Shown piece after piece: positions 1 through 12,870 of a DNA stretch of 64,000 bases. The translations under genes were made by a program, and so were the position numbers. Under the pieces are notes generated by a model that saw nothing but the letters and a program-made list of their open reading frames with translations, was not told the origin of the DNA and did not search any database. Source of the DNA: Octopus vulgaris (Eukaryota); NCBI GenBank assembly GCA_951406725.2, contig OX597833.1, positions 33,914,001-33,978,000 on the forward strand. Direction: 5' to 3'. The first letter of the stretch is position 1. Each line of letters starts with the position of its first letter.

Positions 1-879
1 AAAAACAAAAATAAATTTTGTACAAGGAGGTTTTATAGGATTACTACGTTTCATCATTTTTTAACACGTTAGTATTTCACTTACATACGACTCTCTTTTA
101 TGATGGCATTTACATTTTTAGGCGTTTCATGACATTAATTCACACTTAACCAACACCTGTCCTTCGCTCACCTCTATTTCTATCCATTCATCATCAAAAC
201 AACAGCCTCATCTTCTATATCCAACGTACATGACACATCTACCCCCTACATCTACACTCTCACTGTTAAAGTTTACATAAGCGACAACACGATCGCAACA
301 TACACTTTGGAAACTAAGCAACAGATCATTTTATACAACAACAAATTTAATCATAACGCCCATCAATGAAAACATCTCCACCACTGTGTTGTGATTCATC
401 TATTCAGCACCACTACAGTCTTGCCGGTATGACATATGGTGAGTAGATGCTATTGTTCTATATTTTATAAATTACCCATATTTACTTACCCATGCTTCAT
501 TCCCCTCTTGCCTACATAGGGCATCCATTCTCTTTTAACACAGCATGAAGTTTTGTAACAGCACATCCGCTGCCGTTCGTGGAAAACGAAGAGACCCTAT
601 TCACCTGCGAACGTTTTACGCCGCCTTCCACGACTATCAAATTCTTACAATTATGAGAACAATAACATCGCTCTTTTCAAGGCAACCTCGCATTCAATTC
701 TTACACTATTCTACGAGGGGGTAGGAACCCCTTTACACGGCTTTCTATACACTTACAAATACATTCATTCGCCGTAAACTTATATCAATATTTACCTGAA
801 TATTCATCATAATTCAGTGCAATCATTAACAGAACTTTCAAGCAATTCAGCCCCGAGTATCGCCGGGCAATTCTGCTAG
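1..879 (+). mobile_element. Helitron-type element, 3' end (5' boundary not determined)
   Basis: Subterminal hairpin CCCGAGTATCGCCGGG (852-867), then CTAG (876-879) followed by T. The same terminus recurs at 8677-8704 (+), ~13821 (-) and 49316 (-). Confidence 0.55.
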
Positions 880-1041
880 TATATTTATAAAAAGATATTA
901 AGCTATATGAAACGAAGGCATTTCTCTTTCACTTTCTATATTTTTTTCACATATTTTCAACTCATAATTTTCCCAATTGGTGTATTCTGAATCTTCAGTA
1001 TCTTTGCTCCTTATATATTTTTTATATTTCTACTATATATA

Positions 1042-1090
<49 letters not shown>

Positions 1091-1481
1091 TCTTTTACTC
1101 TTTTACTTGTTTCAGTCATTTGACTGCGGCCATGCTGGAGCACCGCCTTTAATCGAGCAACTCGACCCCGGGACTTATTCTTTTGTAAGCCCAGTACTTA
1201 TTCTATCGGTCTCTTTTGCCGAACCGATAAGTAACGGGGACATAAACACACCAGCATCGGTTGTCAAGCAATGCTAGGGGACAAACACAGACAAACAAAC
1301 ACACACACGCATATATATATACATACATATATACGACGGGCTTCTTTCAGTTTCCGTCTACCAAATCCACTCACAAGGCTTTGGTCGGCCCGAGGCTATA
1401 GTAGAAGACACTTGCCCAAGGTGCGCAGTGGGACTGAACCCGGAACCATGTGGTTGGTAGAAAAGCTACTTACCACACGGC

Positions 1482-1484
<3 letters not shown>
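1091..1484 (-). mobile_element. tRNA-derived SINE, family 1 (CORE-like)
   Basis: Reverse complement of the copy at 36821-37200: tRNA-like head TGGCTGTGTGGTAAG...GGTTCAGTCCC, CORE-like CACCTTGGGCAAGTG, tail GACTGAAACAAGTAAAAGA. Confidence 0.85.
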
Positions 1485-1530
<46 letters not shown>

Positions 1531-1533
<3 letters not shown>

Positions 1534-1823
1534 CCAGTTATAAATGCCACTGGAACTCACACACAAAGTACAAGAAACTTATATGTATACCATTCTGCTT
1601 CAATAATGGAACTGCAGATACAATATCCTTACGTATCTCACGTCAGTTTCCATTCTTCCACTTCACTCTGTATTTCATATCTTCTCGAGAATAACTATTG
1701 CTTAACCATTTTCTCGCACCGTCTCTGATGAAGGGATATATAAAATATCCCGGAAACAGCTGTTAGACCTCTTTATAAATGTTTTGAAATCTTTCATAGC
1801 CTTGGATTTTTTATCTCATTCTG

Positions 1824-1826
<3 letters not shown>
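1531..1826 (+). repeat. HHR-bearing PLE-terminus-like repeat A, left arm (inverted partner 3681-3977)
   Basis: Near-perfect reverse complement of 3681-3977; flanked by (TA)n on both sides. Confidence 0.85.
1721..1768 (+). ncRNA. Minimal type I hammerhead ribozyme motif (family A)
   Basis: GTCT-CTGATGA-a-GGGATA(tataaaa)TATCCC-g-GAAA-CAGCTG-TT-AGAC: helix I, core, helix II, palindromic helix III. Inverted copy at 3740-3787. Confidence 0.7.
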
Positions 1827-1890
<64 letters not shown>

Positions 1891-1896
<6 letters not shown>

Positions 1897-3662
1897 AATC
1901 AATATAGGGTGCCAAAAAAAATTTTGTAGAATTCTTTTGCCACCAGCGGCCTAGTAGGAAAAAATTAAAATAGTCATAGACCATTTTTAAGTTCAACATC
2001 AACAATAAAGGAACGGCCATAATAGGCCATTCACCCACTAGAAATAACAGCCAAAGCTTCAACCGCAAATAAAAGTTAATTCAGTAAACCAGGAGAAAAT
2101 TTAAAAAACATTTACCCTGTAATTTCTTATACGATATACCGTTTCATCTGCTGATTAATGGTAAACTAACCTGATTAAATTAAATCAAGCCAATCTTCCA
2201 CAGGCCCTCAGATTCTTCAGTAAGAAATAGCCCAAGACGGAACAGATATTTTCACGAGGCATTTCCGACGTTGCCAAGTTTATATCTGACCTAAAATTTT
2301 CAAATCGTCGCACTCGCGCCAAATTTATCGGCAGCAAATAAATATAAGCCGTCGATTCCATTACGGAATTAACCAGAAAATTCATAATTAATCAATATAG
2401 GGTGGCAAAAAAAATTTTGTAGAATTCTTTTGCCACCAGCGGCCTAGTAGGAAAAAATTAAAATAGTCATAGACCATTTTTAAGTTCAACATCAACAATA
2501 AAGGAACGGCCATAATAGGCCATTCACCCACTAGAAATAACAGCCAAAGCTTCAACCGCAAATAAAAGTTAATTCAGTAAACCAGGAGAAAATTTAAAAA
2601 ACATTTAAGCGGTTGAAGCTTTGGCTGTTATTTCTAGTGGGTGAATGGCCTATTATGGCCGTTCCTTTATTGTTGATGTTGAACTTAAAAATGGTCTATG
2701 ACTATTTTAATTTTTTCCTACTAGGCCGCTGGTGGCAAAAGAATTCTACAAAATTTTTTTGGCACCCTATATTGATTAATTATGAATTTTCTGGTTAATT
2801 CCGTAATGGAATCGACGGCTTATATTTATTTGCTGCCGATAAATTTGGCGCGAGTGCGACGATTTGAAAATTTTAGGTCAGATATAAACTTGGCAACGTC
2901 GGAAATGCCTCGTGAAAATATCTGTTCCGTCTTGGGCTATTTCTTACTGAAGAATCTGAGGGCCTGTGGAAGATTGGCTTGATTTAATTTAATCAGGTTA
3001 GTTTACCATTAATCAGCAGATGAAACGGTATATCGTATAAGAAATTACAGGGTAAATGTTTTTTAAATTTTCTCCTGGTTTACTGAATTAACTTTTATTT
3101 GCGGTTGAAGCTTTGGCTGTTATTTCTAGTGGGTGAATGGCCTATTATGGCCGTTCCTTTATTGTTGATGTTGAACTTAAAAATGGTCTATGACTATTTT
3201 AATTTTTTCCTACTAGGCCGCTGGTGGCAAAAGAATTCTACAAAATTTTTTTGCCACCCTATATTGATTAATTATGAATTTTCTGGTTAATTCCGTAATG
3301 GAATCGACGGCTTATATTTATTTGCTGCCGATAAATTTGGCGCGAGTGCGACGATTTGAAAATTTTTAGGTCAGATATAAACTTGGCAACGTCGGAAATG
3401 CCTCGTGAAAATATCTGTTCCGTCTTGGGCTATTTCTTACTGAAGAATCTGAGGGCCTGTGGAAGATTGGCATGATTTAATTTAATCAGGTTAGTTTACC
3501 ATTAATCAGCAGATGAAACGGTATATCGTATAAGAAATTACAGGGTAAATGTTTTTTAAATTTTCTCCTGGTTTACTGAATTAACTTTTATTTGCGGTTG
3601 AAGCTTTGGCTGTTATTTCTAGTGGGTGAATGGCCTATTATGGCCGTTCCTTTATTGTTGAT
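1891..3662. repeat. 493-bp HHR tandem repeat B in head-to-head fold-back (about 1.5 units minus, 2.1 units plus)
   Basis: Period 493 (CTGAAGA at 2947 and 3440). Strand switch at 2607/2609. Both outer ends abut (TA)n. Confidence 0.9.
2939..3045 (+). ncRNA. Type I hammerhead ribozyme motif with extended helix II (family B)
   Basis: ATTTCTTA-CTGAAGA-ATCTG...CAGAT-GAAA-CGGTATATCG-TA-TAAGAAAT. Further copies at 3432-3538 (+) and 2122-2228 (-). Confidence 0.8.
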
Positions 3663-3680
3663 ATATATATATATATATAT

Positions 3681-3977
3681 ATAACAGAATGAGATAAAAA
3701 ATCCAAGGCTATGAAAGATTTCAAAACATTTATAAAGAGGTCTAACAGCTGTTTCCGGGATATTTTATATATCCCTTCATCAGAAACGGTGCGAGAAAAT
3801 GGTTAAGCAATAGTTATTCTCGAGAAGATATGAAATACAGAGTGAAGTGGAAGAATGGAAACTGACGTGAGATACGTAAGGATATTGTATCTGCAGTTCC
3901 ATTATTGAAGCAGAATGGTATACATATAAGTTTCTTGTACTTTGTGTGTGAGTTCCAGTGGCATTTATAACTGGTCA
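3681..3977 (-). repeat. Repeat A right arm with HHR at 3740-3787
   Basis: Reverse complement of 1531-1826; one helix I substitution retains G-U pairing. Confidence 0.85.
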
Positions 3978-4559
3978 TTCCAAACATAGAGTCTTGTAAA
4001 CGGTATATTCGATCGAGGGATTTTTGAAGTGACTTAAAAGTTGGGAATGTGTTTGTAAGGTCAAATCAAAAACAGAAAGAGAGAAAAAAGCGGGGAGAGA
4101 GATTATAAAGAAATTAAGAGAGAAAGTGTACTGGCTAGTGGTCAGTCAGGATAAATTGATAGAAGGAAGGAGGAGGTGAGGGTGATGAGAGTGTAAAGAG
4201 ATGAGAGGATAAAGAGTAAAGGAGTGTGAGGTATGTAATGATAGAGCCTAAGTGAAGGGCAGAAAGCGGAGGTAGGGGTAGTAAAATGGTGGAATAAAGA
4301 ATTTGGGAATATAGGTTAGGCTGCTTAAAGGATAGGTCAGTGATTAGTAGTAGAAGAATGTATAGCTCTGAAGATGTATACACATGCATATATTCAGACA
4401 TGTATATAGACATTTACACACGTCAATACATACATACGCATACAAAACCTATGTATGTTACATGCAATCCCGTATATACACGCTCATTTGTATCTAATTT
4501 TTGTATATATAAAAATGCTTGCATACGTAGAGACATGCATAGGCTTGCACATGCGTATG

Positions 4560-6400
4560 GACCATAAAGTAACCACTGACCCTGTAGCAGGACCACCAAC
4601 AAGACCAGTCTGTGGAGCGAATATCGCTAGCCACTACAGAATCTCCTACTTCCTCTCAATGATCATACGCCCTATAATCCGGATGTCACCTGATGTTTGT
4701 GACAGCACGGAAGATCTCCTCAGCAAGATCAATGACTGTAACAACACTTGTTACATGACAGGATGTATGGTGGGTAGCATGGATGTGGTATCCCTATACC
4801 CATCGATCGACGTGGAGAAGTGCGTGGAGATGATCAACGAGAGCAAGGTGGAGTCCCGCAATGTCAACACAAAGGAACTAGGCCTCCTACTTAGACTGAC
4901 ATGTGACAATGAATACCTAGATAAACATAATCTTAGTAGTTTCTGCCCCAGTAGATGTTTAAGAGGAAGACCCATACAGAGAGATGGCGCGGATGGACCA
5001 GAGCCATACGGAGCCCCGCAAATGTCCATCAGGTAAAGAAAATGATCACACATGCACTAGGAGCTAGTATAAGAGTTACCCTAAAAAGCCACACGTTTAA
5101 GTTTAACAATAAAATATATGCCCAGGACGAGGGGGCAGCCATCGGCATTAGTATCGCTGGCGATGTGGCCAACCTTTTCATGGTATGGTGGGACAGAAGG
5201 CTTAAAGAACGCCTAACACAGAACTCCATACTCGTAAACATGTACTCTCGCTATATTGATGATATCAACATAGTGGTAAAGGCACCCCCACAAGAGAGTA
5301 CTGTTGAAATAGTAATAGAAACTAATACTATGGAGAGCATCCAGCAAATAGCTAACTCCATCCACCAGAGTATTAAGGTCACAATAGACTACCCCACTAA
5401 ACACCCCAACCATAGACTACCAGTACTAGACACAGAACTCTGGCTAGAAACTGTGAATTATAAAACCCAAATCCTTCATTCGTACTATGCCAAACCTATG
5501 GCCTCAAAATACTTGATCCACCGGAACTCAACCATTGCGGACAATGCCAAATTCAATAATTTGATGGCAGACCTCGTCAGAATAATGAGAAATGTGTCAT
5601 GCATGTGCGAGCCTACAGAGTTAAAGAGACACATACAACGTTTCATTCACCGCATGCAGTTCTCAGGTTACAGCCATAAAGAAAGGATCAGAGTATACAA
5701 AGGAGCCATGAAGAAATTTGATAATATATTATGTAATGATAGGAATGGGATTTGCCCACTCTATAGGAGCAAGTCATGGAACACTATAGAAAGGACAAAG
5801 AAGAAAATAGGGAAGGCCAACTCTTGGTATGATAGCCATAAATACCAGAGTGTCATGTTCGTTGACACCACCCCTAGAGGTGAACTGGCGTACCACTTTA
5901 GAAGGACCCTAGACAAACTTAAGCTAAGGATTAAGGTTGTTGAAATGCCAGGCAACCCTATCAAATCCATAATCTGTAGAACCTACCCTTTTGGCAGAAC
6001 CCCCTGTACGAATAGGTACTGTAGTGTGTAGATTTAGCCCACAAACAAACTGTAAAGCCAGAAATGTAGTCTATAGTATAAGATTATAGAGGGACGATGC
6101 AGTAACAAGACAACGACATACGTAGGGGAAACGGCACGAAACATAGAAGAGCGGGTAAATGAACATTAGAGAGAACTTAAGGAAGGTAAAAGCTCATCGA
6201 TTCTGTATCAACACGCCGAACAGGAACACGGGGGATCAATCAACAATATAGAAGTTAAAATCTTGTCCACACATACAACAGATGCAACAATCAGACAAAT
6301 TACAGAAGCTACACACATAATAGAAGATAAACCTAGCCTGAATAGGAAACTGGAATGGAACACTAGCACACACCACAACATATGACGGTAGAGGATCCCC
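4560..6400 (+). pseudogene. Penelope-like retroelement ORF (reverse transcriptase + GIY-YIG endonuclease), frameshifted
   Basis: Motifs RPVCG, SMDVVSLYPSID, FKFNNKIYAQDEGAAIG, YSRYIDD, LPVLD; downstream NVVYSI...YVGETARNIEERVNEH. Stops and frameshifts present. Confidence 0.9.
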
Positions 6401-6845
6401 ATAAACTGGTTACAATATAAACAAAACCGGAAACATAATAAATAAACTACACAGATAAATAAACAAATAGAAATAAATAACTATATAAGTTTTTTTTTTT
6501 GTTTAATTTAAAAGATTAAAAATTTTTTTTATTTATTATCATTATTATTATTATTATTATTACTAGTATTGTTGTTATACATACATACAAGCATACGTAA
6601 TGATAATAATAATAAGTGGATGTAAACACATGAACAAAATAAGAATAAACAAAAACAACAACAAATTACACGAACGTATATAAACAGAAGATACAAATAT
6701 TACAGGCATCCCCACCACACACACACACAAACTAAACATAGACGCACATAGAGACATAAGCATGCGCAAATGAAGACATACAATAGAAATACAAAATGGC
6801 TGACAGTTAGTAAGGAGAGACACAAATAAGAAAGAAGAAAACAAA

Positions 6846-6890
6846 GGACCACTGATGCGGTCACAGGAGTGTGACGAAAGAACCCTGGCC
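6846..6890 (+). ncRNA. Degenerate hammerhead motif downstream of the PLE ORF
   Basis: GGACCA-CTGATGC-g-GTCAC(aggagt)GTGAC-GAAA-gaaccc-TGGCC; A9 and helix III are decayed. Confidence 0.45.
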
Positions 6891-7483
6891 GAAATAAGAT
6901 TAAGATTAATGTAAAAAATAAATAACACTGAAGCAAAATAACACCAAATATATAGTGTGTGTGTTTTTATTGGCTAAACTGGCAAAATGATCATTCCGAA
7001 ATATAACAATATCTGTTTCAACACACGACTTCACATAAAAAATCTTGCACAACAAATGTATATATAATCTGTTCTGTCTGTTTGTGCGCTTATAACTCGA
7101 GTATTGTTCATCTGATTGCGCTGAAATTTTAAACATGTTCAAAATTGTTAGTTTCAAAGTGAGAATCGCTATTTTTGTAATCTTTATGTCCTGTTTGTTC
7201 CGCTATTAAAACAACCAGTTGCTCACACAGCCGGCACATGCCATTTCGCTAGCAACAAGGGGGGTACAGGATGACAGTCAACCAAAACCGTCGCTATTCT
7301 GTCTCTTTTCTTTCATCTCTCAGTGGGGTTAATAATCTTAATCTTTAATTACAGTTTCTCATTCAAACTACATAATAGGTAAATTGTCAGATTAAGACAG
7401 TCGGGTGTTTTGAGGGAGATTTGGCTGCTATTTCTACCAGGTCTAGTTACCATGTAGAGGTCTGCCTCATTGATGTTATATAT

Positions 7484-7779
7484 TCCCTATATTTTCCAAA
7501 ACCGAGTTACAGATTTTGACGTATGGGGTATCAAAAGATTCAGTACTATTTTGGCTACAAATTAAACTTAATTTTCATTTACATATTTGTATTTCAAAAA
7601 TTAAACATAATCTTTTCCATAGATCAACTATCGTAAAAATTTTATACGACGACGTCACATTTTCTATATGTGTCTGTACCTTAAAAGACGTCAATCATCA
7701 CGACACACACCATCACTCACTCACTCTCTCTCTTTCTCACTCTCTTTCTCTCTCATATACACACGCGCAAGCACGCACG

Positions 7780-7836
<57 letters not shown>

Positions 7837-8703
7837 CCATTTCATATAGACGTACATACATCTTTCACTTTCTTTCTCTGTTCTTTTCGCTTTATCTTCT
7901 TTCAATTCCTGTTCTCTTCGAATAAAATTTTTACGGATACAACTGCTTACAAAAATAGGAATTAATGTATAATTTCTTTCTATGTTCATAATTTTTTGCT
8001 TACAATACTGGGAATAATATGCCACCAAAGAAAAGATGTAATCTCTCCAGAAACAAATATAAAGCAAGGAAGATTGTAGAAAACCGAAGGCGAGAGTCTG
8101 AAGAGAGAAGCTAGATGAGATTTTCTCAACATCAGCAAATGCATGTTGCAGCATTTAATGCTGGATCATTAAATCAATGTTTTAATGATTAGACAGAGGT
8201 CCAGTAGAATAGCTCTCAGAAACAGACTACGTACAAATTCGTTCTTCACAACTCCTGAAGCTATTTTCAGATATGATTCATCCCATTTTTATAAAAATAA
8301 TAACTCTGTCCAAATTAGTGTGCTAAACACAAAGTGTCTTTTCTGTAGAACTTTCAAATTTTCAAATGAAACAGGCGGTCAGGTAAGATTGACAGCACTA
8401 CCAGCTCCTTCTCAACCTCTTATGGATCTTCTAGAAGGCATTTCAATAAAGTCAAAGGATTTTCTGAACAATATCAGACAATACAACTCTGCAAATAACA
8501 TCGTTTGGTGCATCTAAGAAGATAGATAAACATGAATTTATGACGACGTCAAAGTTCAAGAGCAAGTCTATCACTTTATTTACTCCACAAATGTTTTGTT
8601 GTCAGTGCTGCACTTTCTCATATCAGCTGTTTCAACATAACTGTAATATATTATATACAAACTATGCCATTTTAATCCCGAGCAACGCCGGGTGTCTCTG
8701 CTA

Positions 8704-8704
<1 letters not shown>
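7484..8704 (+). mobile_element. Non-autonomous Helitron with RepHel N-terminal fragment (5' boundary approximate)
   Basis: ORF 8185-8517 contains CLFCRTFKFSNE...LPAPSQPLMDLLEG..SKDFLNNIRQYNSA, followed out of frame by KVQEQVYH, typical of Helitron RepHel N-termini. Ends in hairpin CCCGAGCAACGCCGGG + CTAG|T. Confidence 0.75.
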
Positions 8705-8748
<44 letters not shown>

Positions 8749-8786
8749 CATAAATATGTGCACATATATACAAATATATATGTTTA

Positions 8787-8993
8787 TGAGGGGTGCTGAA
8801 AAGTTCCTGGCTTTAAGGGTATCGCGAAAGCCCAACCTTCCAAGTTTTTGTTTTTTTTAACAGGAGTTAGGAAAACTGAAGGACCGCTGCAAAAAGTGTG
8901 TGATTCTGAGAGGAAAATATGTTGAATAAAATCATAACTCATCTTCCTGTATTTTCTTTAACCAAATGCCAGGAACTTTTCAACACCCCCTCA
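8787..8993. mobile_element. mariner-type MITE / deletion derivative
   Basis: TIRs TGAGGGGTGCTGAAAAGTTCCTGGC / GCCAGGAACTTTTCAACACCCCCTCA with TA on both sides. Confidence 0.8.
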
Positions 8994-9318
8994 TATATAT
9001 TCATATGTTTGTGTGTGTGTGCGTACTCATTCATAACAACACAAACACACAAATATATAACTTAGATAATTTAGATATGTTGCGGTCAAAGACTGGCCCA
9101 GACTATGTCTAACTTAATAGCATCACCTGATAGGATATTAAGTTACTTTTAAGTCAAGTTTTGTAGTATTATGGCTCATTCAAGTAGGGAGTTACAATTG
9201 ACTGAAGTGTATCCAGATATAGGTACACATATACGTATCATTTTAAATATATTTATATCTACAGACAGACAGACAGACACACACACAGACAGACACACAG
9301 ACAGACACACAGACAGAC

Positions 9319-9396
<78 letters not shown>

Positions 9397-9397
9397 C

Positions 9398-9521
<124 letters not shown>

Positions 9522-9633
9522 CGGGAAGTTGCAATGTTGGGTTTTCTCTATTCAAAATAGAGAAAGAAAGGGAGAGAAGGGGTACACACTTGCACACTCG
9601 CATCCATGTACATATATACATATATGTATATAC

Positions 9634-9679
<46 letters not shown>

Positions 9680-9747
9680 ACATATATATATATATTATAT
9701 TATGGTATATACTACATACACACACGCATATGTATGTATGTATAAGT

Positions 9748-10103
9748 GGAGGCGCAATGGCCCAGGGTTAGGGCAGCGAACTTGCGATCGTGGGATCGCG
9801 GTTTCGATTCCCAGACCGGGCGTTGTGAGTGTTTAGTGAGCGAAAACACCTAAAACTCCACGAGGCTGCGGCTGTACTCTTTCACTACAACTTTCTCTCA
9901 GTCTTTCTTCCTGTTTCTGTTGTACCTGTACTTCAAAGGGCCAGCCTTGTCAAACACTGCGTCACGCTGAATCTCCTCGAGAACTATGTTAAGGGTACAC
10001 GTGTCTACGGAGTGCTCAGCCACTTACAGGTTAATTTCACAAGCAGGCTGTTCCGTTGATCGGATCAACTGGAAACCTCGTTGTCGTAACCGACGAGGTG
10101 CCA
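9748..10103 (+). mobile_element. tRNA-derived SINE, family 2
   Basis: Head GGAGGCGCAATGGCC..GGTTAGGGCAGCG...GGTTTCGATTCCC with A/B boxes; related copies at 12651 and 39457. Confidence 0.8.
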
Positions 10104-11218
10104 CGATGTACATATATCGGTATGTTGATGACATTCACCCACATCATTGAATTGATTAACACTTACTGTCACGTGGATGAAGAAAATCTTATAAGACTTC
10201 ACAAAGCAAATACTATCCACAAAAGCACACACACACATCTGTGTATGTGTTTTTTACTTTGTAGCGCTGTATGTGTGTTCTTGCTTTTGCGCTTATGACT
10301 GTTTCAAAATAGATGCAAATCAAGACCAAGTGAGATGTTTTTTCACAAGTCCTGTTACTCGTGTGCTTAACCTCTTCTTTATTCGAAAATGTTTGTGAGA
10401 TGGTGTATTTGTTGGTGAGCATCTAAATGCGTGTAATTCATGTTTTTACTGATTGTCTCCACACATATATAAATATCATAAAGTTTTTTTTTTCTTTTTG
10501 GTTTATCATATTGTTCTTGGGAATGTTATATTTACTTCATATACTTCAAAATGTAGATACGTGTGTGTGTGTGTGTACACTCACTCACATATGCAACTCT
10601 TTACATTACGAGTTCACGTTACACCGTAATCAACTTTGCCTTTCATCCATCTGGAGTCGATGAAATATAGTATACTGGACATGAACTCGCAGATTTTTAC
10701 GGCCTTTACCTGTACTACAAACATTTGTTTATTTACTTATTTATATATTTTACTTGCACGAACTACTGCCGAATATTTCTCTCATCAGCTCTCGACTGGT
10801 GATCATGACAATTTCAACACCTTCCGACAGTATTGCTTCATTCAGAGGTGCCAAGTAGCATTTACGTTAGCAGGGAATGTCTGAGTTATTTTGGTTTACA
10901 CCAAATCATGAATTTGTTTCCTCTCCTTATGACGCAGTTGTCACACCAAACCGTGTCAGCTCTAATCACTCTAACCATGCAACATCTATTTCCATTTGCT
11001 ACTTGCAAAAGATCTGTTCTTTGCCATATCTAAGTTAATTGTTCTGTGTTTCCCTGTGTAGTTTGCGAATCACTGCTCTACGAATCTTCATGCCCACCGC
11101 ACAAAGAGTAGGATGTTTTAAATCTAGTTACAAAACTACATTCCATACCCAAATGAAATACTGTACACTGCTATACTCTTGCCTCATGCGATTCACTATA
11201 TTTCTTACATTGTGTGTA

Positions 11219-11686
11219 CGAAAGGGTACCCAAAAGAACCGGAATTTCGCAATATTATTTTATTCAGTTAGTTTTATATGCTTACACTTTTATCGCCTTC
11301 AAAGTATTCTCCATTTGAAGCAATGCATCGATCCACACGCGTTTTCTACTGTTCGTAGTGATGCCTTTTAACGCCTCCGTCGTTTTTTTTGATTAACTTC
11401 TTCCACATCTGCAAATTCCGTAGCCCCAGTTTTCGTCACTAGTGATGACCTTCGGAAAAATGTCCGGATCAACTTCCAACTGTTTTTTCAGTTTACGACA
11501 CACATTCAGTTGTGACTGCTTTTGATCACTTCATGAATTTTCACGATGTTTTCATTCGTTCGAGAGGTCAGTGGTCGTCTTGAATGAAGTTGGTCTTCTA
11601 GCGACAAGTAACCATTCCTAAAGCGTGGAAACCACTCATAAACTTGAGTTTTGCTCATGGCAGTGTTCTTGTCAGCTGTTTGAAGC
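11219..11686 (-). mobile_element. mariner transposon remnant (internally deleted)
   Basis: Minus-strand peptides AMSKTQVYEWFPRFRNG..SLEDQLHSRRPLTS and the C-terminal RVDRCIASNGEYFEGD, next to a TIR-like end. Confidence 0.75.
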
Positions 11687-11691
11687 ATATG

Positions 11692-11786
<95 letters not shown>

Positions 11787-11788
<2 letters not shown>

Positions 11789-12490
11789 GATAAGAAACTG
11801 GAGGAAAAACAACAAACAGAAGTGTGTCTGTTGTGCTAAAAAGGCATTATTTAATTAATTAAGCAAGGTGAGAGTAAGAGTGAGCTTACAGCTGTTTCTG
11901 CACTCCTCAAGCGCAATTATTATTCGGTTACTTTGTATTTACGCTCTTAATCGCACTCATACCAGATATAAATTTGCGGCTTCCTCTACAAATGTACGTA
12001 CTACCCACAACCTATAAGTTAGTGAGACTTAGCACCTATTAACCACACCGGATATCCATAATTAGGGATAACCCCCTCAGGTTACACCGCCGGTCAACTA
12101 GCTAAACAGGCAGACACGTGGAAGCCATGCTAATAACTAACTACGAGACCTCGGATTCAACCATCCTCTATTCTTCAACTACCTCATAATGAATTTAATG
12201 AACTTTGAACACAACTAAAATGTAAGACTTTCGAATCATTGAACTTTTTCTTTTCTGATTTCTCCCTCTATCTTTCGCTCTATTACCCTCTTTGTATATC
12301 TCTGCCTTCTTCGTTCTGATGACGTCTACCACTTGTAACGAGGTAAACACCTATTTACCCCAACTTTGGTACACAGAAACAGCTGTAAACTCACTCTTAC
12401 CCTCGCCTTGCTTAATTAATTAAATAATGCCTTTTTAACACAACAGACACACTTTCTAATTGTTGCTTTTCCTCCATTTTCTTATTGTCT
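11787..12490. repeat. Fold-back HHR element (arms 11787-11900 / 12374-12490; HHR 12313-12390 +)
   Basis: Diverged inverted arms. GTT-CTGATGA-(cgtctacca...tggtacaca)-GAAA-CAGCTG-TA-AAC. Flanked by (GA)n and (TA)n. Confidence 0.65.
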
Positions 12491-12650
12491 ATATATATAC
12501 ATTAAAATACAGTTTACCTCTCAAATTACCTGCTGCCGTATACCTTATACCAAGGACCATACTTACTGAGGTAATTACCAGGAGTGCCTCTGGATACTTC
12601 TATCCTTTAGAGGGCTTAACACCTCTAACTTATACCTTATATATATATGT

Positions 12651-12870
12651 GGAGGCGCAATGGCCGAGTGGTTAGGGCAGCGGACTTGCGGTCGGAGGAT
12701 CGCGGTTTCGATTCCCAGACCGGGCGTTGTGTGTGTTTATTGAGCGAAAACACCTAAAAGCTCCACGAGGCTCCGGCAGGGGATGGTGGTGATCCCTGCT
12801 GTACTCTTTCACCACTCTAAAGGCGGTGCTCCAGCATGGCCGCAGTCAAATGACTGAAACAAGTACAAAA
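12651..12870 (+). mobile_element. Chimeric SINE (family 2 head, family 1 tail)
   Basis: Family 2 head to ~12817, then CTAAAGGCGGTGCTCCAGCATGGCCGCAGTCAAATGACTGAAACAAGT of family 1. Confidence 0.75.

Noticed and set aside
2185-3290. Repeated 61-66 aa ORFs in the 493-bp unit as a small-protein system
   Set aside because: No recognisable motifs; one copy is frameshifted near 3360; repetition is explained by the tandem and inverted structure.
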